A stretch of DNA of 64,000 nt from an uncultured Planctomycetaceae bacterium (GTDB taxonomy: Bacteria > Planctomycetota > Planctomycetia > Pirellulales > PALSA-1355): NCBI GenBank assembly GCA_963828155.1, contig CAWHDQ010000006.1, forward strand, positions 282,119-346,118. The letters run 5' to 3'. The position numbers were made by a program, and so were the translations under genes. Below, one piece after another: positions 34,801-45,159 of this stretch. The notes under the pieces were generated by a model that worked only from the letters and a program-made list of their open reading frames with translations, was not told where the DNA came from and searched no databases. Positions within the stretch are counted from its first letter, which is position 1. Each line of letters opens with the position of its first letter.

Positions 34801-34862
34801 AGCTTGCCGCGCGGCTGCACACCCGGGTCGACGTCAACTGGTCGCCGCTGCGGCTGAGCTGA
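31856..34862 (+). CDS. Ser/Thr protein kinase fused to a tubulin/FtsZ-like (Tubulin_2-type) GTPase domain and a long helical C-terminal region; at least two frame breaks
   Basis: GAGG SD 8 nt before ATG 31856 (MPSTVAAAG), joining PQLIAGYVLLERIGAGAYGEVW near 31878-31885. Kinase motifs AVKIV, HLDVKAENLLL, DFG, AAPE. Break near 32508-32512 (FEAKSPAQ / LRAQHLLGAKPKL). Tubulin-like part: FFVALGGAAAHVV... and VLVASISGGTGSGMVLD (GGTGSG at 33438-33455). Confidence 0.8.
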
Positions 34863-34918
34863 CGGTTGCCGGCTTCCCAGCGTCGCCGACATCGCCCCGC
34901 CGCGTCCCAGGTCGTCGG

Positions 34919-35344
34919 CTACGGCGTCCAGGGTTTCCGCTTCTGAATCCGCGGCGGCTTGCGGCCGGGGCCGAATGCTCCCCGCACGGCGATGACCAAC
35001 GCGGCAGACAGCAGAGAACCGAAGATGATCGCCGCCCCGAGCATCGTGCCGAAGTAATGCGCGAGCAGGACCAGCGTCGGCGGCTCGGCGCTGCGCGTCT
35101 TGGCCCGGCGAACTGGCCCGCTCTGCGACTGCTCGTCGGCGGTTTTTCGCCAAGCGTCCCAATCTTCCTGGGCCTGGGCGGTGCCCAGTTGCTCGACCAA
35201 TCGGCCGCGGAGCTGGAACATCAGCGCGACGATCGCGAGCACCAATGCGACCCACGCCGCCAGCCAGATAGCCGCGGCCCGGCCGATCCGCCGCGGGGGC
35301 CGGTCTTCCTCGAACGCGGATCGCCGTACACTGTCGCCGCTCAC
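34919..35344 (-). CDS. hypothetical membrane protein, two TM helices
   Basis: 141-aa ORF with two clear hydrophobic helices (AAAIWLAAWVALVLAIVALMF; MLGAAIIFGSLLSAALVIAV). Its start overlaps the stop of the upstream M20 gene by 4 nt. Confidence 0.5.
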   Translation of the reverse strand: MSGDSVRRSAFEEDRPPRRIGRAAAIWLAAWVALVLAIVALMFQLRGRLVEQLGTAQAQEDWDAWRKTADEQSQSGPVRRAKTRSAEPPTLVLLAHYFGTMLGAAIIFGSLLSAALVIAVRGAFGPGRKPPRIQKRKPWTP

Positions 35345-36652
35345 TTCGATTTGCCCGCGGGGGGAAGCAGTTCGAGCGCCGCGGCCGCCATTGCTGCCAC
35401 ACTGGTCGCCAGTGTCAGATCGGCATCGGGATAGTAGCCGGCCGAATGCAGCGAGGGAGCGTCCATTCCGCCGCGAGTCAGGCCGGCCAGCCGTGTCGGC
35501 TCGATCGATCCCACGCGGAACATCAGCACCGCCGCGCCGGCTTTCTGATAGAAGCTGAAATCCTCACTTCCCATCGTCGGGTCTTTCTGAATCACGTTTT
35601 CTGCGCCGAGCAGCTTCTGCCAGACCGGCACGAGCCGCTCGACCAGCTGCTCATCGTTGAAGACGGCGGGAGTGAAATCGCCCAGCAAGGTCACCTCCGG
35701 CTCGGCGCCAGCCGGCGCTGGCGGCCACGGCCTTGGCCTTGCGGCGGATGCCGTCGAGCAGATGCTCGCGAACCTTGTCGGAGTAGCTCCGCACGGTTAG
35801 CTGCAGTTTGCAGTCCTCAGGAATGATGTTGTGCTTGGTGCCGGCGTGGATCGAGCCCACCGTGACGACGGCCGGTTCGATCGGATTGGTTTCGCGGCTG
35901 ACCAGCGTTTGCAAGTCGAGGATCAGCTTGGCTGCCATCACCACGGGGTCGACCGTGGTGTGCGGCGCGGCGCCGTGTCCGCCGCGACCGTGCAAGGTGA
36001 TGTCGACGCTATCGACGTTGGCCTGGGCAAACCCGGCCCGATAGCCCACCTTGCCTGTCGCCAAGCTGCCGTCGACGTGCAGGGCCACGGCATAGTCGGG
36101 CTTGGGAAACTTTTCGAATAGCCCGTCGTCGAGCATCTTTTTGGCCCCGTTGCCCACCTCTTCGGCCGGCTGGCCGATCAACATCAGCGTGCCCGACCAG
36201 CGGTCGCGATTAGCGGCCAGGTAGCGGGCGACGCCGATCAAGTTCGTGATGTGAATATCGTGGCCACAGGCGTGCATCACGCCCGTCTCGGTGCCGCTGG
36301 GCTGCTTGACTTTGACCTTCGAGCTGTAGGCCAGGTTCGTGCTCTCGGTGACGGGCAGAGCATCCAAATCGGTGCGGAGCATGAGCGTCGGCCCCGGCCC
36401 GTTCTTCAACAGGCCTACCACGCCGGTACCGCCGACACCGGTGGTCACGTCATAGCCGGCCGATTTCAGCTCCTGAGCCAGCCGGGCTGCGGTTTCCTTT
36501 TCCTGGAACGACAGCTCCGGATGCTGGTGAAAATGCCGATACAGCTGAACCAGCTCCTCGTTGTGGTCGTGGGCCCATTGGGCCGGCTCGTCGGCCCGAA
36601 GGGGGGCGGCAGCCAGGGCGCCGATCGTCAAGAATGCGAACATCCGAAGCAT
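35341..36652 (-). CDS. M20D-family amidohydrolase (N-acyl-amino-acid amidohydrolase / hippuricase-like), secreted; one frame break
   Basis: Signal peptide MLRMFAFLTIGALAAAPLRA. YRHFHQHPELSFQE, MHACGHDIH, GQPAEE, GRGGHGAAPH. ORF 35651..36724 (...AKAVAASAG) joins ORF 35341..35694 (AEPEVTLLGDFTPAVFND) near 35705-35722. Confidence 0.85.
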
Positions 36653-37058
36653 CGACCGAGTCTTTCGTGTAAGAGGACGCACCGGCGGCGGGTAGTCGAA
36701 AGCGGGGACCGTAGCTGGCGGCATCCTTATTGTAGGGAAGTGGCCGTTAGCGGTGGAGGACCCGGATTGGATCCCACAACCCGGCGTGGCGTTTGTAGTT
36801 GCGGCTGAAGGGTGCTACTGGGGGCGAGTGACACCATCCGTCGGCATCTGTGTGAGGGAGCGTCTCCGCGTAAAGGATTGAGGGACCCAATCCGCCGGAG
36901 GGCTGTCTCGCATCTGCTGGCCTGCTGATTCGACCCGCTCATCGCCGTTGACCCATTTTTCAGTTTGCAGGATACTTGGCAGAGGCGACCCGCCGCGAAT
37001 GCGGCGAACCCACCCGACCGACTAAGTCCTTTTTTACCTTCGCCTTGCGACTAATCTG

Positions 37059-38352
37059 ATGGCCGTTGCCGAGTCCCGTAGTTCTGCTGCTCAGCAGCCC
37101 GACCTGGGGGCTTATTGCCTGGAAGTGGCCCAGCGCCCGCCGGGCGTCGGCCGCTTTGGCCGTGGCGGGGGGCGAGTGCAAGAACGCCTGGCTCCGGGCT
37201 GCGGCCCGGCTGCTGCGGGAAAACGAAGCCCGGCTGCAGGAAGCGAACGCCCAAGACGTGGCCGCTGCCCCGCAGTTTGGCCTGAGTCCGGCCGAGATCG
37301 ACCGGCTGCGGCTGACGCCCAAGGTGATCGAGTCGATGGCTGCGTCGCTCGAAGCGGTGGCCGCCCAGGCCGATCCGATCGGCGAGGTGATCGATTCGTC
37401 GATCCGCCCCAACGGCCTGGAAGTCCGCAAGATTCGCGTCCCTCTGGGCGTGGTGTTTTTCATCTACGAGTCGCGGCCGAACGTCACTTCCGACGCGGCG
37501 GCAATTGCCGTCAAGAGCGGCAATGCGATCATCCTCCGCGGCGGCAAAGAGGCTGCGCACTCGAATCGGGCCGTGGGCGAGCTGTTGGCCGCGGCCGCCC
37601 GCGAAGTCGGCCTGCCCGAGGATGCCGTGCAACTGGTGAGCACGACCGATCGCGAGGCGGTGGGCAAGTTTCTGGCCCTGTCCGATTACATCGATGTGGC
37701 GATCCCCCGCGGCGGCGAGGGGCTGATCCGCCGCGTCGTGGCCGAAGCCCGGATGCCTGTCATCAAGCACTACACGGGCAATTGCCACGTCTATGTCGAT
37801 CGGTCGGCCGACCTGGAGATGGCCGAGCGAATCACGATTAATTCCAAGTGCCAGCGGATGGGCGTCTGCAACGCGGCCGAGTCGCTGGTCGTACATCGCG
37901 ACGTGGCGCAGACGTTTCTGCCTCGGATCGGCCAAGCTCTGATCGAACGCGGGATCGAAATTCGCGGCGACGACGAGACCCGGCGCTACGTGCCGCAGGC
38001 TAAACCGGCCACGGAAGACGACTTTTCCACGGAGTACCTGGGCCCGGTGATTTCGGCCTGCGTGGTTGCTTCGCTGGACGAGGCGATCGAGCACATCAAT
38101 CACTTCAGCTCGCATCACACCGAGGCGATCATCACCACCGATTTGGACGCGGCCCGGCGGTTTACGGCCCGGATCGACAGCTCGGCGGTGATGGTCAACG
38201 CCAGCACGCGGTTCAACGACGGGGGCGAGTTCGGGCTGGGAGCCGAGATCGGCATCAGCACTGACAAGTTCCACGCCCGCGGACCATGCGGCGCCAGCGA
38301 GCTGACCAGCTATAAGTACGTGGTCTACGGAGAGGGCCAGATTCGTCAATGA
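37059..38352 (+). CDS. proA: glutamate-5-semialdehyde dehydrogenase (gamma-glutamyl phosphate reductase); one frame break near the N-terminus
   Basis: [25 protein letters not shown] (ATG 37059) joins [20 protein letters not shown] near 37130-37140. [39 protein letters not shown], catalytic [15 protein letters not shown]. Confidence 0.9.
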
Positions 38353-38383
38353 CACGCGCCCCGGGCGCGGCAGGGAGGCCAAC

Positions 38384-39434
38384 GTGGCTGGAGACGTACT
38401 GAGTCAGGCCGAAGTCGAAAGTTTGCTGAGCGCCATGGAATCGGGCGCGATGGCCGAGCCGCGGACTGATTTCTTGGGCACCGCGCCGCGCCGCCCAGCC
38501 CCCACCGCGCCCGCCCGGCCGCGGGAAAAGGTCATCGCCTACGACTTCAAGCGGCCCCGAGCGGGTCGGCAAAGAGCAGATGCGGGCCCTGCAAACCCTG
38601 CACGAAGGCTTCGGCCGCAACTTCGGCGCCGCGCTCTCGGCCCTGCTCCGCAGCATCGTCGAAGTGAAGCTGACCAGCGTCGATCAGCTCACCTACAGCG
38701 AGTTCGTCTTCAGCCTGGAAAATCCCACCTGCTTCAACCTGCTGCGGGCAGCTCCGCTCGAAGGCAACTTGATCCTGGACATCAATCCCTCGATCCTCTA
38801 CCCGATCATCGATCGGCTGCTGGGCGGCGGACGCGAAAGCGCTCCCTTGGCTCGGCGGCCGCTGACTGAGATCGAACTGCGGCTGGTCTCGCGGATCACC
38901 CACCTGTTCCTGCAGGAGATGCACCACGCCTGGCAGAATGTGATCGAATTGGACCTGAAGGTCGAGCGGGTCGAGAGCAACCCGCAACTGGTCCAGATCG
39001 TGCCGCCCAACGAAGTGGTCGTGCTGATCAGCTTCGAGCTGACGATCGGCGACCTGCGGGGAATGATGAACCTGTGCATTCCGTTCAACTCGATCGAACG
39101 GATCGGCGGCAAGCTCTCGTCGAACAGCTGGATCAGCTACGGCAAGCGGCAATCGTCGCCCGAGACGATCAAGCAGATCAGCACCAATTTGAAAGGGGCC
39201 GTCGTCGAGCTGGTGGCCCAGTTGGCCGACACCAAGATCACGACCGGCGACCTGATCGGGCTGCGCGTCGGCGACGTGATCACGACCGACAAGGACATCA
39301 ACAGTCCGGTGGCGATTAGCCTCGAAGGGGTCGTCAAATATCTGGCCCGGCCCGGCGCCTTTAAAGGCCGCAAAGCGGTGCAGGTCGAGGCGGAAGTCGC
39401 GCCGACGCCCAATCCGCCGCCGGCGAAGAAGTAG
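38384..39434 (+). CDS. fliM: flagellar motor switch protein FliM; one frame break
   Basis: (M)AGDVLSQAEVESLLSAM N-terminal CheY-P-binding-type peptide; VIAYDFKRP joins ERVGKEQMRALQTLHEGF. The CCCC run at 38555-38558 would restore the frame as CCC. C-terminal SpoA/FliN-like domain (ITTGDLIGLRVGDVITTDK). Confidence 0.88.
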
Positions 39435-39583
39435 GGTTGGCGAAGGCGGCGGACTTGTTGCCGAATGGGGGCCACGCCGGGGGCAAAGGGGGAAGTTTCA
39501 CCGCAGAGTGCGCGGAGGACGCGGAGGGCACGTGCGAGCGCAGGGGAACGGGCGCCGGTGTGAACGACAGCCAACGAAATAGC

Positions 39584-40327
39584 TTAGACGTTCAAACGTT
39601 CTACCACGAACCGCGGGTACCGGCGCCGGACGAGATCCTCGATGCGGGCGGCCTCGCGGCTATCAACTTCGCCGCCCAAGTGCGGCGGGCCGCCGTACCA
39701 GCGCGGTGCGGTGGCGCAGAGCGCATCCCCGACCGACCAAGGGGTAACGAGCGGGTGACGCAAGCCAAACGAAAATACGACAAATACGCTGCCTGTGGCG
39801 ACGTCGTTGATCTCAAGCAGCACGCCCGGCAGCGTCGTTAGGTGGCAGTAGTAGCATTGTCGCTGGTGCGTGGTTCCGTCCTCGTTCAGCTCTAGCTCAA
39901 CGCTCGTGTCGGCGCCGTCAACGTGGAGAATGACGCGTTGCGCTCGACGCGTTCTGACGCATAGCACGTCGAGTTTGTCGTGGCGCGACGAGCCGCCCCC
40001 GGGGCACAGGACCAGTGCATGCTGCACCTCGGGCATCATCCCTTGAATGATCCACGGCGGGTCGCCGATGCTGCCTGAGTAGACCGCGAGGCGTGCCTGC
40101 CGCTTCAACAATCGGTCGCGAATCCGGCGGGCCAATCGCAACTCGCCGGAAGTAAGGTCGAAGCGCCATGATCCCCCGCAATCCAGTAGGTCAGGCCGCT
40201 GGCCTGACGGGCGCTCCGCGATGGTTGCCGAAATCCAGCGAATCACGATGACGCTATTCTCGCTCGGTGCCCCGCGGCGCCGTCGGGGGCCAATCCAATC
40301 GCCAAGCGTTTGACGTGGGTCACGCAA
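39584..40327 (-). CDS. hypothetical protein downstream of the ParDE-like pair
   Basis: 247-aa ORF, codirectional with the toxin gene and 30 nt downstream of it. I recognise no domain. Contains CYYCH and several Cys/His residues. Confidence 0.4.
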   Translation of the reverse strand: MRDPRQTLGDWIGPRRRRGAPSENSVIVIRWISATIAERPSGQRPDLLDCGGSWRFDLTSGELRLARRIRDRLLKRQARLAVYSGSIGDPPWIIQGMMPEVQHALVLCPGGGSSRHDKLDVLCVRTRRAQRVILHVDGADTSVELELNEDGTTHQRQCYYCHLTTLPGVLLEINDVATGSVFVVFSFGLRHPLVTPWSVGDALCATAPRWYGGPPHLGGEVDSREAARIEDLVRRRYPRFVVERLNV

Positions 40328-40357
40328 ACAGACACGTGTACCGTGTGGCTCGGCAAG

Positions 40358-40648
40358 TTAAACCAGGTCAGTTTGGTCACGAGCGCCATGAATATTACGG
40401 ACGACGCCGATGCCGTCGGCCAGCGCGACGTAGTATATCAAGTAGCTGCCCACGACATGCCGGCGGAGACTGCCCAAACGAAGCGATTCGACCCGTTCGC
40501 CACACTCCGGCTGGGATGGCAATAAGTCACAGGCGGCGGCAATCTGATCGATCAGGCGGAGCGCGGCATCGACGTTGTCGCGGGCAATGTATTCAGTGAT
40601 TTGATCGAGGTCACGCTCGGCCTCCGACGAATAGATCACGCCGGGCAT
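40358..40648 (-). CDS. parE: ParE/RelE-superfamily type II toxin
   Basis: 96 aa. Pattern I.YS..AERDLDQITEYIARDNVDAALRLIDQI...L...P..G......LR...VGSYLIYY....DGIGVVRNIHGARD is typical of ParE. Its ATG overlaps the antitoxin stop (TAATG). Confidence 0.8.
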   Translation of the reverse strand: MPGVIYSSEAERDLDQITEYIARDNVDAALRLIDQIAAACDLLPSQPECGERVESLRLGSLRRHVVGSYLIYYVALADGIGVVRNIHGARDQTDLV

Positions 40649-40929
40649 TAGCGGCCGCCGTGCTGGGCACCCGCGGCCACGTCGCGGGCCAACTGACGTA
40701 GCCGGTCCCAGTCCTGAGCAACAAAAGGCCGGCAGCGGCCGGCTCGCAGAGAGTTCAATCCCTGTTCGACCGTTTCTTCGTGCTCAGGCGGGACAGACGA
40801 ATGGGGTTCGAGCTTTTCTCGCAGCGCAACGATCGCCGCTTCCAATGCTGCCTCTTGCGAAGGAAATAAGCCGCCCGCAACAACACTAGCCAGGTAGTGC
40901 TCGACGTCGGGTGAGAGTTCTTTGACCAT
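40648..40929 (-). CDS. type II antitoxin (ParD/YefM-like position)
   Basis: 93-aa acidic protein immediately upstream of the ParE-like toxin, overlapping it by 1 nt. The family assignment rests mainly on position. Confidence 0.65.
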   Translation of the reverse strand: MVKELSPDVEHYLASVVAGGLFPSQEAALEAAIVALREKLEPHSSVPPEHEETVEQGLNSLRAGRCRPFVAQDWDRLRQLARDVAAGAQHGGR

Positions 40930-41000
40930 AGGATCACACTATGCCGATTCAAACTCACGAGCAAGAGTCCGCACGACCCGCGCTCGGAGGCGAACGCGCC

Positions 41001-42253
41001 TTACGCAAACAACTCTCCGATCGGCTTGCCGCCGTCGACGAGCTTCATGGGACGCTGGAGCGGGGTCCAGACTTCCTTGTTGGGGTCGATGCCCAGAGCG
41101 TGGCAGACCGTGGCGTGCAGGTCCGGCACTTGGACGGGCCGATCGGCCGGCTCGGCCCCGTCCTTGTCGGACGCGCCAATGACGGCTCCGCCCTTGAGCC
41201 CGCCGCCGGCCAGTAGGGCCGTGAAGCACGTGGCGTGGTGGTCGCGGCCAGCGTCCTTGTTGATTCGCGGAGTGCGGCCGAACTCGCTGAGCATCACGAC
41301 CAGCGTTTTGGAGAGCATTCCGCTGGCGGCCAGGTCTTCGATCAGGGCGGCCAGGGCCGGGTCCATCACTTCGCCGTGATCTTCCATCGCCGGGAAGTTG
41401 CGGGTGTGGGTGTCGAAGCCGCCCCGATTGACCTGCACGAAGCGAACGCCCTTCTCGACCAGCCGCCGGGCCAAGACGCCCCGCGGCCGAACGTGGTGTC
41501 GCCGTAGCGGTCGCGCACGGCCGGTTTCACTTCGTCCAGCTCGAAGGCCGCGAGGGCCGGGCTGCGCATCAGTTTGACGGCTTCTTCGGTGGCCGTGGCG
41601 GTCGCGTCGAACTGGGTGTCGGGCGAGCCCTCGGCAAAGCGGCGGTTGATTTTGGCCAGAGCCTCGAGCCGCTTGTTGCCGCGAACCTCCGTGATCTGGG
41701 CGGGGAACGCCAGATACGGGTCTTTCTGGCCGGGCTGGCCGATGAAATAGGCCTCGCACTTCTGGCCGAGGTAGCCGGCCCGCGGGGCCTCGCCGCTGAT
41801 CGTGATGTAGGCCGGCAGATCGCCGATCGGCTGGCACTCGTGAACCACGACCGAGCCCAAGCCCGGGTGGCGGAGGTTCGAGCTCTGGTTGTAGCTGGTC
41901 TGCAGCTGATAGGTTGCCCGGCCGTGGTCCCCCTGCGTGCCCGCAATCGAGCGGACCAGGGCCACGTGGTGCATCTGCTTGGCGAGCTGCGGAAAGATTT
42001 CGGAGATGGTCAGGCCGGGGACCGATGTCTTGATCGGCTCGAATTCGCCCTGCGTCGGCCGGCCCGGCTTGGGATCGAACGTGTCGATGTGGCTCATCCC
42101 GCCGCCGTTCCAGAACAGGATCACATGCTCGGCGGTCGGGGCATGGTCGGTGCCGGCCAGGGCCACGAGCTGGCGAAGATTCAGCCCGAGGAACGTCCCG
42201 CCCGCGGCCCCCAGCATCGCCCGGCGACTGAAGCGGTATCCGGCACATTCCAT
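41001..42253 (-). CDS. DUF1501 (sulfatase-fold) protein with Tat-type signal; one frame break
   Basis: MECAGYRFSRRAMLGAAGGTFLG; ILFWNGGGMSHIDTFDPKP; RYGDTTFGRGA joins LARRLVEKGVRFVQVNRGGFDTHTRNF near 41471-41480; SEFGRTPRINKDAGRDHH. Confidence 0.88.
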
Positions 42254-42336
42254 GACTTGAGCTCCTGGCAAAGCGGAGGGATGAATTTCGTTGGCTTGGC
42301 GAAGCAGGACGGACTGTCGAAGACGCTTGGTCCCCG

Positions 42337-44520
42337 TCAGGGCAGATAGCGGAATTCGTGACAGTTGAACAGCAGCCAACGCAGGTCGGCCAGGCCGTCG
42401 AGCGGCGTGGCGCCGGCGGCGACCAGCTCGCGGCCTTCGGCTAGTTCTTCGGCCGATGGCTCGCGGGTGAGGATTTCGCGATAGGCAAAGCGGACCGCCT
42501 TGGCCGGATCGGCCTTGGGCCCGGCGATCAGGGCGTAGATCGGCTCGAGCTTGCCGACGCGCGAGGCTTCGTGCGTCAGCCGGCCGTTGAGCATCATCAG
42601 GGCCTGCCGCATCGAGGGGCCATGTTCGCGAAACTCGCCCAGGGCGTCACGCGACGTCTGGCCGAAGATCCGTAAAAAGTGCGGCGGCGCGGCGGGCGAG
42701 GCCATTCGCATGGCGACTGCGTGAATTTCGGGTTGTCGTCGATCTTGGCGGTCACCTTCCGCTCGACGTAGCGGACCCGGGCATTCATCATCTGGACCTC
42801 TTCCAGATCCTCGGTTTTGACCTTCTCCATCGCCTCCATCGCCGGAGAGTCCTTGGCGTCGGCCAGGACCGAATCGAAATCCACCTCGATGGCTGATTCC
42901 AGGTCGTAGCCGCCGGGAATTCTTTCGCTGCGGCCAGCCATCGACATCTTGCCGGCTTCTCCCTTGGCACCGGGCTTGAGCGGGGCCACGCCCTCGCGGG
43001 GAACCGCCTCGCGGATATAGCTCGTTACTTCGCGGATGTTTTCACCGGCCTCGTGCTTCGGTTCAAACAGGTGGCCGGCCAGCACGATGCTGTCGAACAG
43101 CGATTCGCTTAGCATCCGGCGGCGGGGCTGGGCCACGAACGCCCGCTCGGCCGCCTCACGCTCGGGAACCGAACCGGCCGCATGGCCCCGGGCGTAGGCC
43201 TGGCTACCAACGATCAGACGGATGGGCACCCGTAGATCGAAGCCGCTGGCCACGAACTCGTCGGCCAGATAGTCGAGCGTTTGCTCATGGCTGGCCGGGT
43301 TCTGGGCATTGAAATCGTCGACCGGCTCGACGAACCCGCGGCCCAGCAGTTCGGCCCAGAGGCGATTCACCAGGCGCGGGAAAAGTACCGATTGTCCGGG
43401 CTGGTCACCAGCTCGGCCAGTTGCTTGCGAAGCTCGCTCTCGCGGTTCAGGTCGCGCTCGACTTCCAGCGCCTGGGCAGCCCGCTGCGATTCGCCGCCCA
43501 CGTCGGCCAAGACGGCCGAGCCGGAAGGATTCGTCCCTGTGCCGGCCTTGGCGCTGGCTTCGGCCAAGAGGTCGTCGATGCTGGGGCCGGCAGGCTTGCG
43601 CGCTTCACGACCTTGTCCGCTTCAGTCTCGCGGAGGGTCTTCAGCCGTTTGGCGGCCGAGGTGGTAGTGCTGGCCAGCTGGAAGGGGAACTTGGGTTCCA
43701 TCGGCTTACGCGGGTTGCCCCGGGCAACGTCCTCGGGCGGCCAGAGAACGGCGGTCTCGTCCATCTCCGTGGTGTAGATCGCCTTGGTCAGCCGGCTCTC
43801 GATGCGCTTGGTGCGGCCGAAGTAGGCGGCCAGCCCATAGAATTGCTCGCGCGTCCAGACGTCGAACGGATGGTCGTGGCACTGGGCACAGGAAACGCGA
43901 ATGCCCATGAACACCTGGGCCGTCACGCCGGCCATCGCGAGCGGGTCGGCATTGTCGCCGAGGATGAAACCCACCTGCGGCGACTTGCCCGCCTTGCCGT
44001 TGGCCGAGATCAATTGCTTGCAGAGCACGTCGTAGGGCATGTGATCGGCCAGGGCCTGATGGACGAAGGCCATCAGCGTGTCGCCGCCAGGCGAATCGGA
44101 ACGGATCCGCAACAGGTCGGCGAAGAACACCGTCCAGCGGTCGGCAAACCGGTCGTCGGCCAAGAGCCGGTCGATCAGCTTCGCTCGACGCTCGGCGCCC
44201 GGGGTGGCCAGATATTGCCGCAACTCGGGCTCGGTCGGAATCCGCCCGACGAGGTCGACCGACACGCGGCGCAAGAAAGCCTGATCGCCGATCGGATCCG
44301 CCGGCTGAGGCTTAGTGGCGGTGCTGTCTTTAGCCGGGCTATCCTTGGCCGCTTCTTCTTTGGCGGTTTTTTCGCGAGCCGCGTTGTCGGCGGCGAGCAG
44401 TTGATCGACTTGGTTGCGGGCGGGGTCGGCAGCCCGGGCCGGCGCGGCAAACACCGCTACGGCCACTGGCGCGGACGTCGCGAAGAGGGTCGGGAGCGGT
44501 CGCAGGCGGTCGAGTTTCAC
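42337..44520 (-). CDS. DUF1549 / DUF1553 protein (planctomycete PSD-type partner of DUF1501); three frame breaks
   Basis: FLRRVSVDLVGRIPT...LIDRLLADDRFADRW (DUF1549); CAQCHDHPFD; RAW / VNRLWAELLGRGFVEPVDDFN (DUF1553). Four ORFs (43447..44520, 43367..43567, 42597..43370, 42337..42711) join near 43595-43605, 43369-43372 and 42720-42730. Confidence 0.85.
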
Positions 44521-44739
44521 GGCGGCACACTTCCTGTTGATGTCGGGAAACCTGGCGGACTGGTCGCAGCATCCACGGGCCTGCCGGTCCGGGCCGAATG
44601 CTCGATGGGGCCCACGTCGGCTAGGAATGGCCCGATCGGATCAACGGTTACGCGTCGTTGGGCAGGGTTCGGGGCGGGCCGGTCGAGGCGGTCGCTCCAC
44701 AACATACCCGGCCGGGGGGGTAATTGCGAGAAAAATTGC

Positions 44740-45120
44740 TTACCGCCCGCATTCCGGGGCGACTTTGACCGCCTGGGTGAGCGAGCTGTTGGGCACCAGG
44801 CAGAGAAATTTGAGCGGGGTCGCCCCGGTGTTGCGGAACTGGTGGATTTCGTCGGGCACCACGAAGACCACGTCGCCCGGCCGCAACGGGTGTTCTTCGT
44901 TCCCCTCGATCACAACCCCCTCCCCTTCCAGGACGAACACCTCGTGTTCGTAGGGGTGGCTGTGCCGGGGCGTAAAACCGCCCGGAGCGACCTCGAACTG
45001 CCGCATGGCAAAGTTGGGCGTCCCCTGCTCCGGTCCCAACAGCCAGCGGACCTGGCAACCGGAGGACCCTTCCATATGCACGGGAGCCTGAGACGTTTGT
45101 TCGAAGTGCTTGACGTTCAT
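44740..45120 (-). CDS. cupin-domain protein
   Basis: GGFTPRHSHPYEHEVFVLEGEGVV......LRPGDVVFVVPDEIHQFRN, the two-motif cupin signature. Confidence 0.8.
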   Translation of the reverse strand: MNVKHFEQTSQAPVHMEGSSGCQVRWLLGPEQGTPNFAMRQFEVAPGGFTPRHSHPYEHEVFVLEGEGVVIEGNEEHPLRPGDVVFVVPDEIHQFRNTGATPLKFLCLVPNSSLTQAVKVAPECGR

Positions 45121-45159
45121 CGCGGGGGCCCTAGGGTTGGACTTCTGAATGTTGGGCTG

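Noticed and set aside
36725-37058. The M20 / proA divergent intergenic region, examined for a riboswitch or structured leader (short complementary segments around 36760-36790 and 36870-36900).
   Set aside because: Only about 6-bp complementarities are present, and I see no resemblance to any riboswitch class I can recall.
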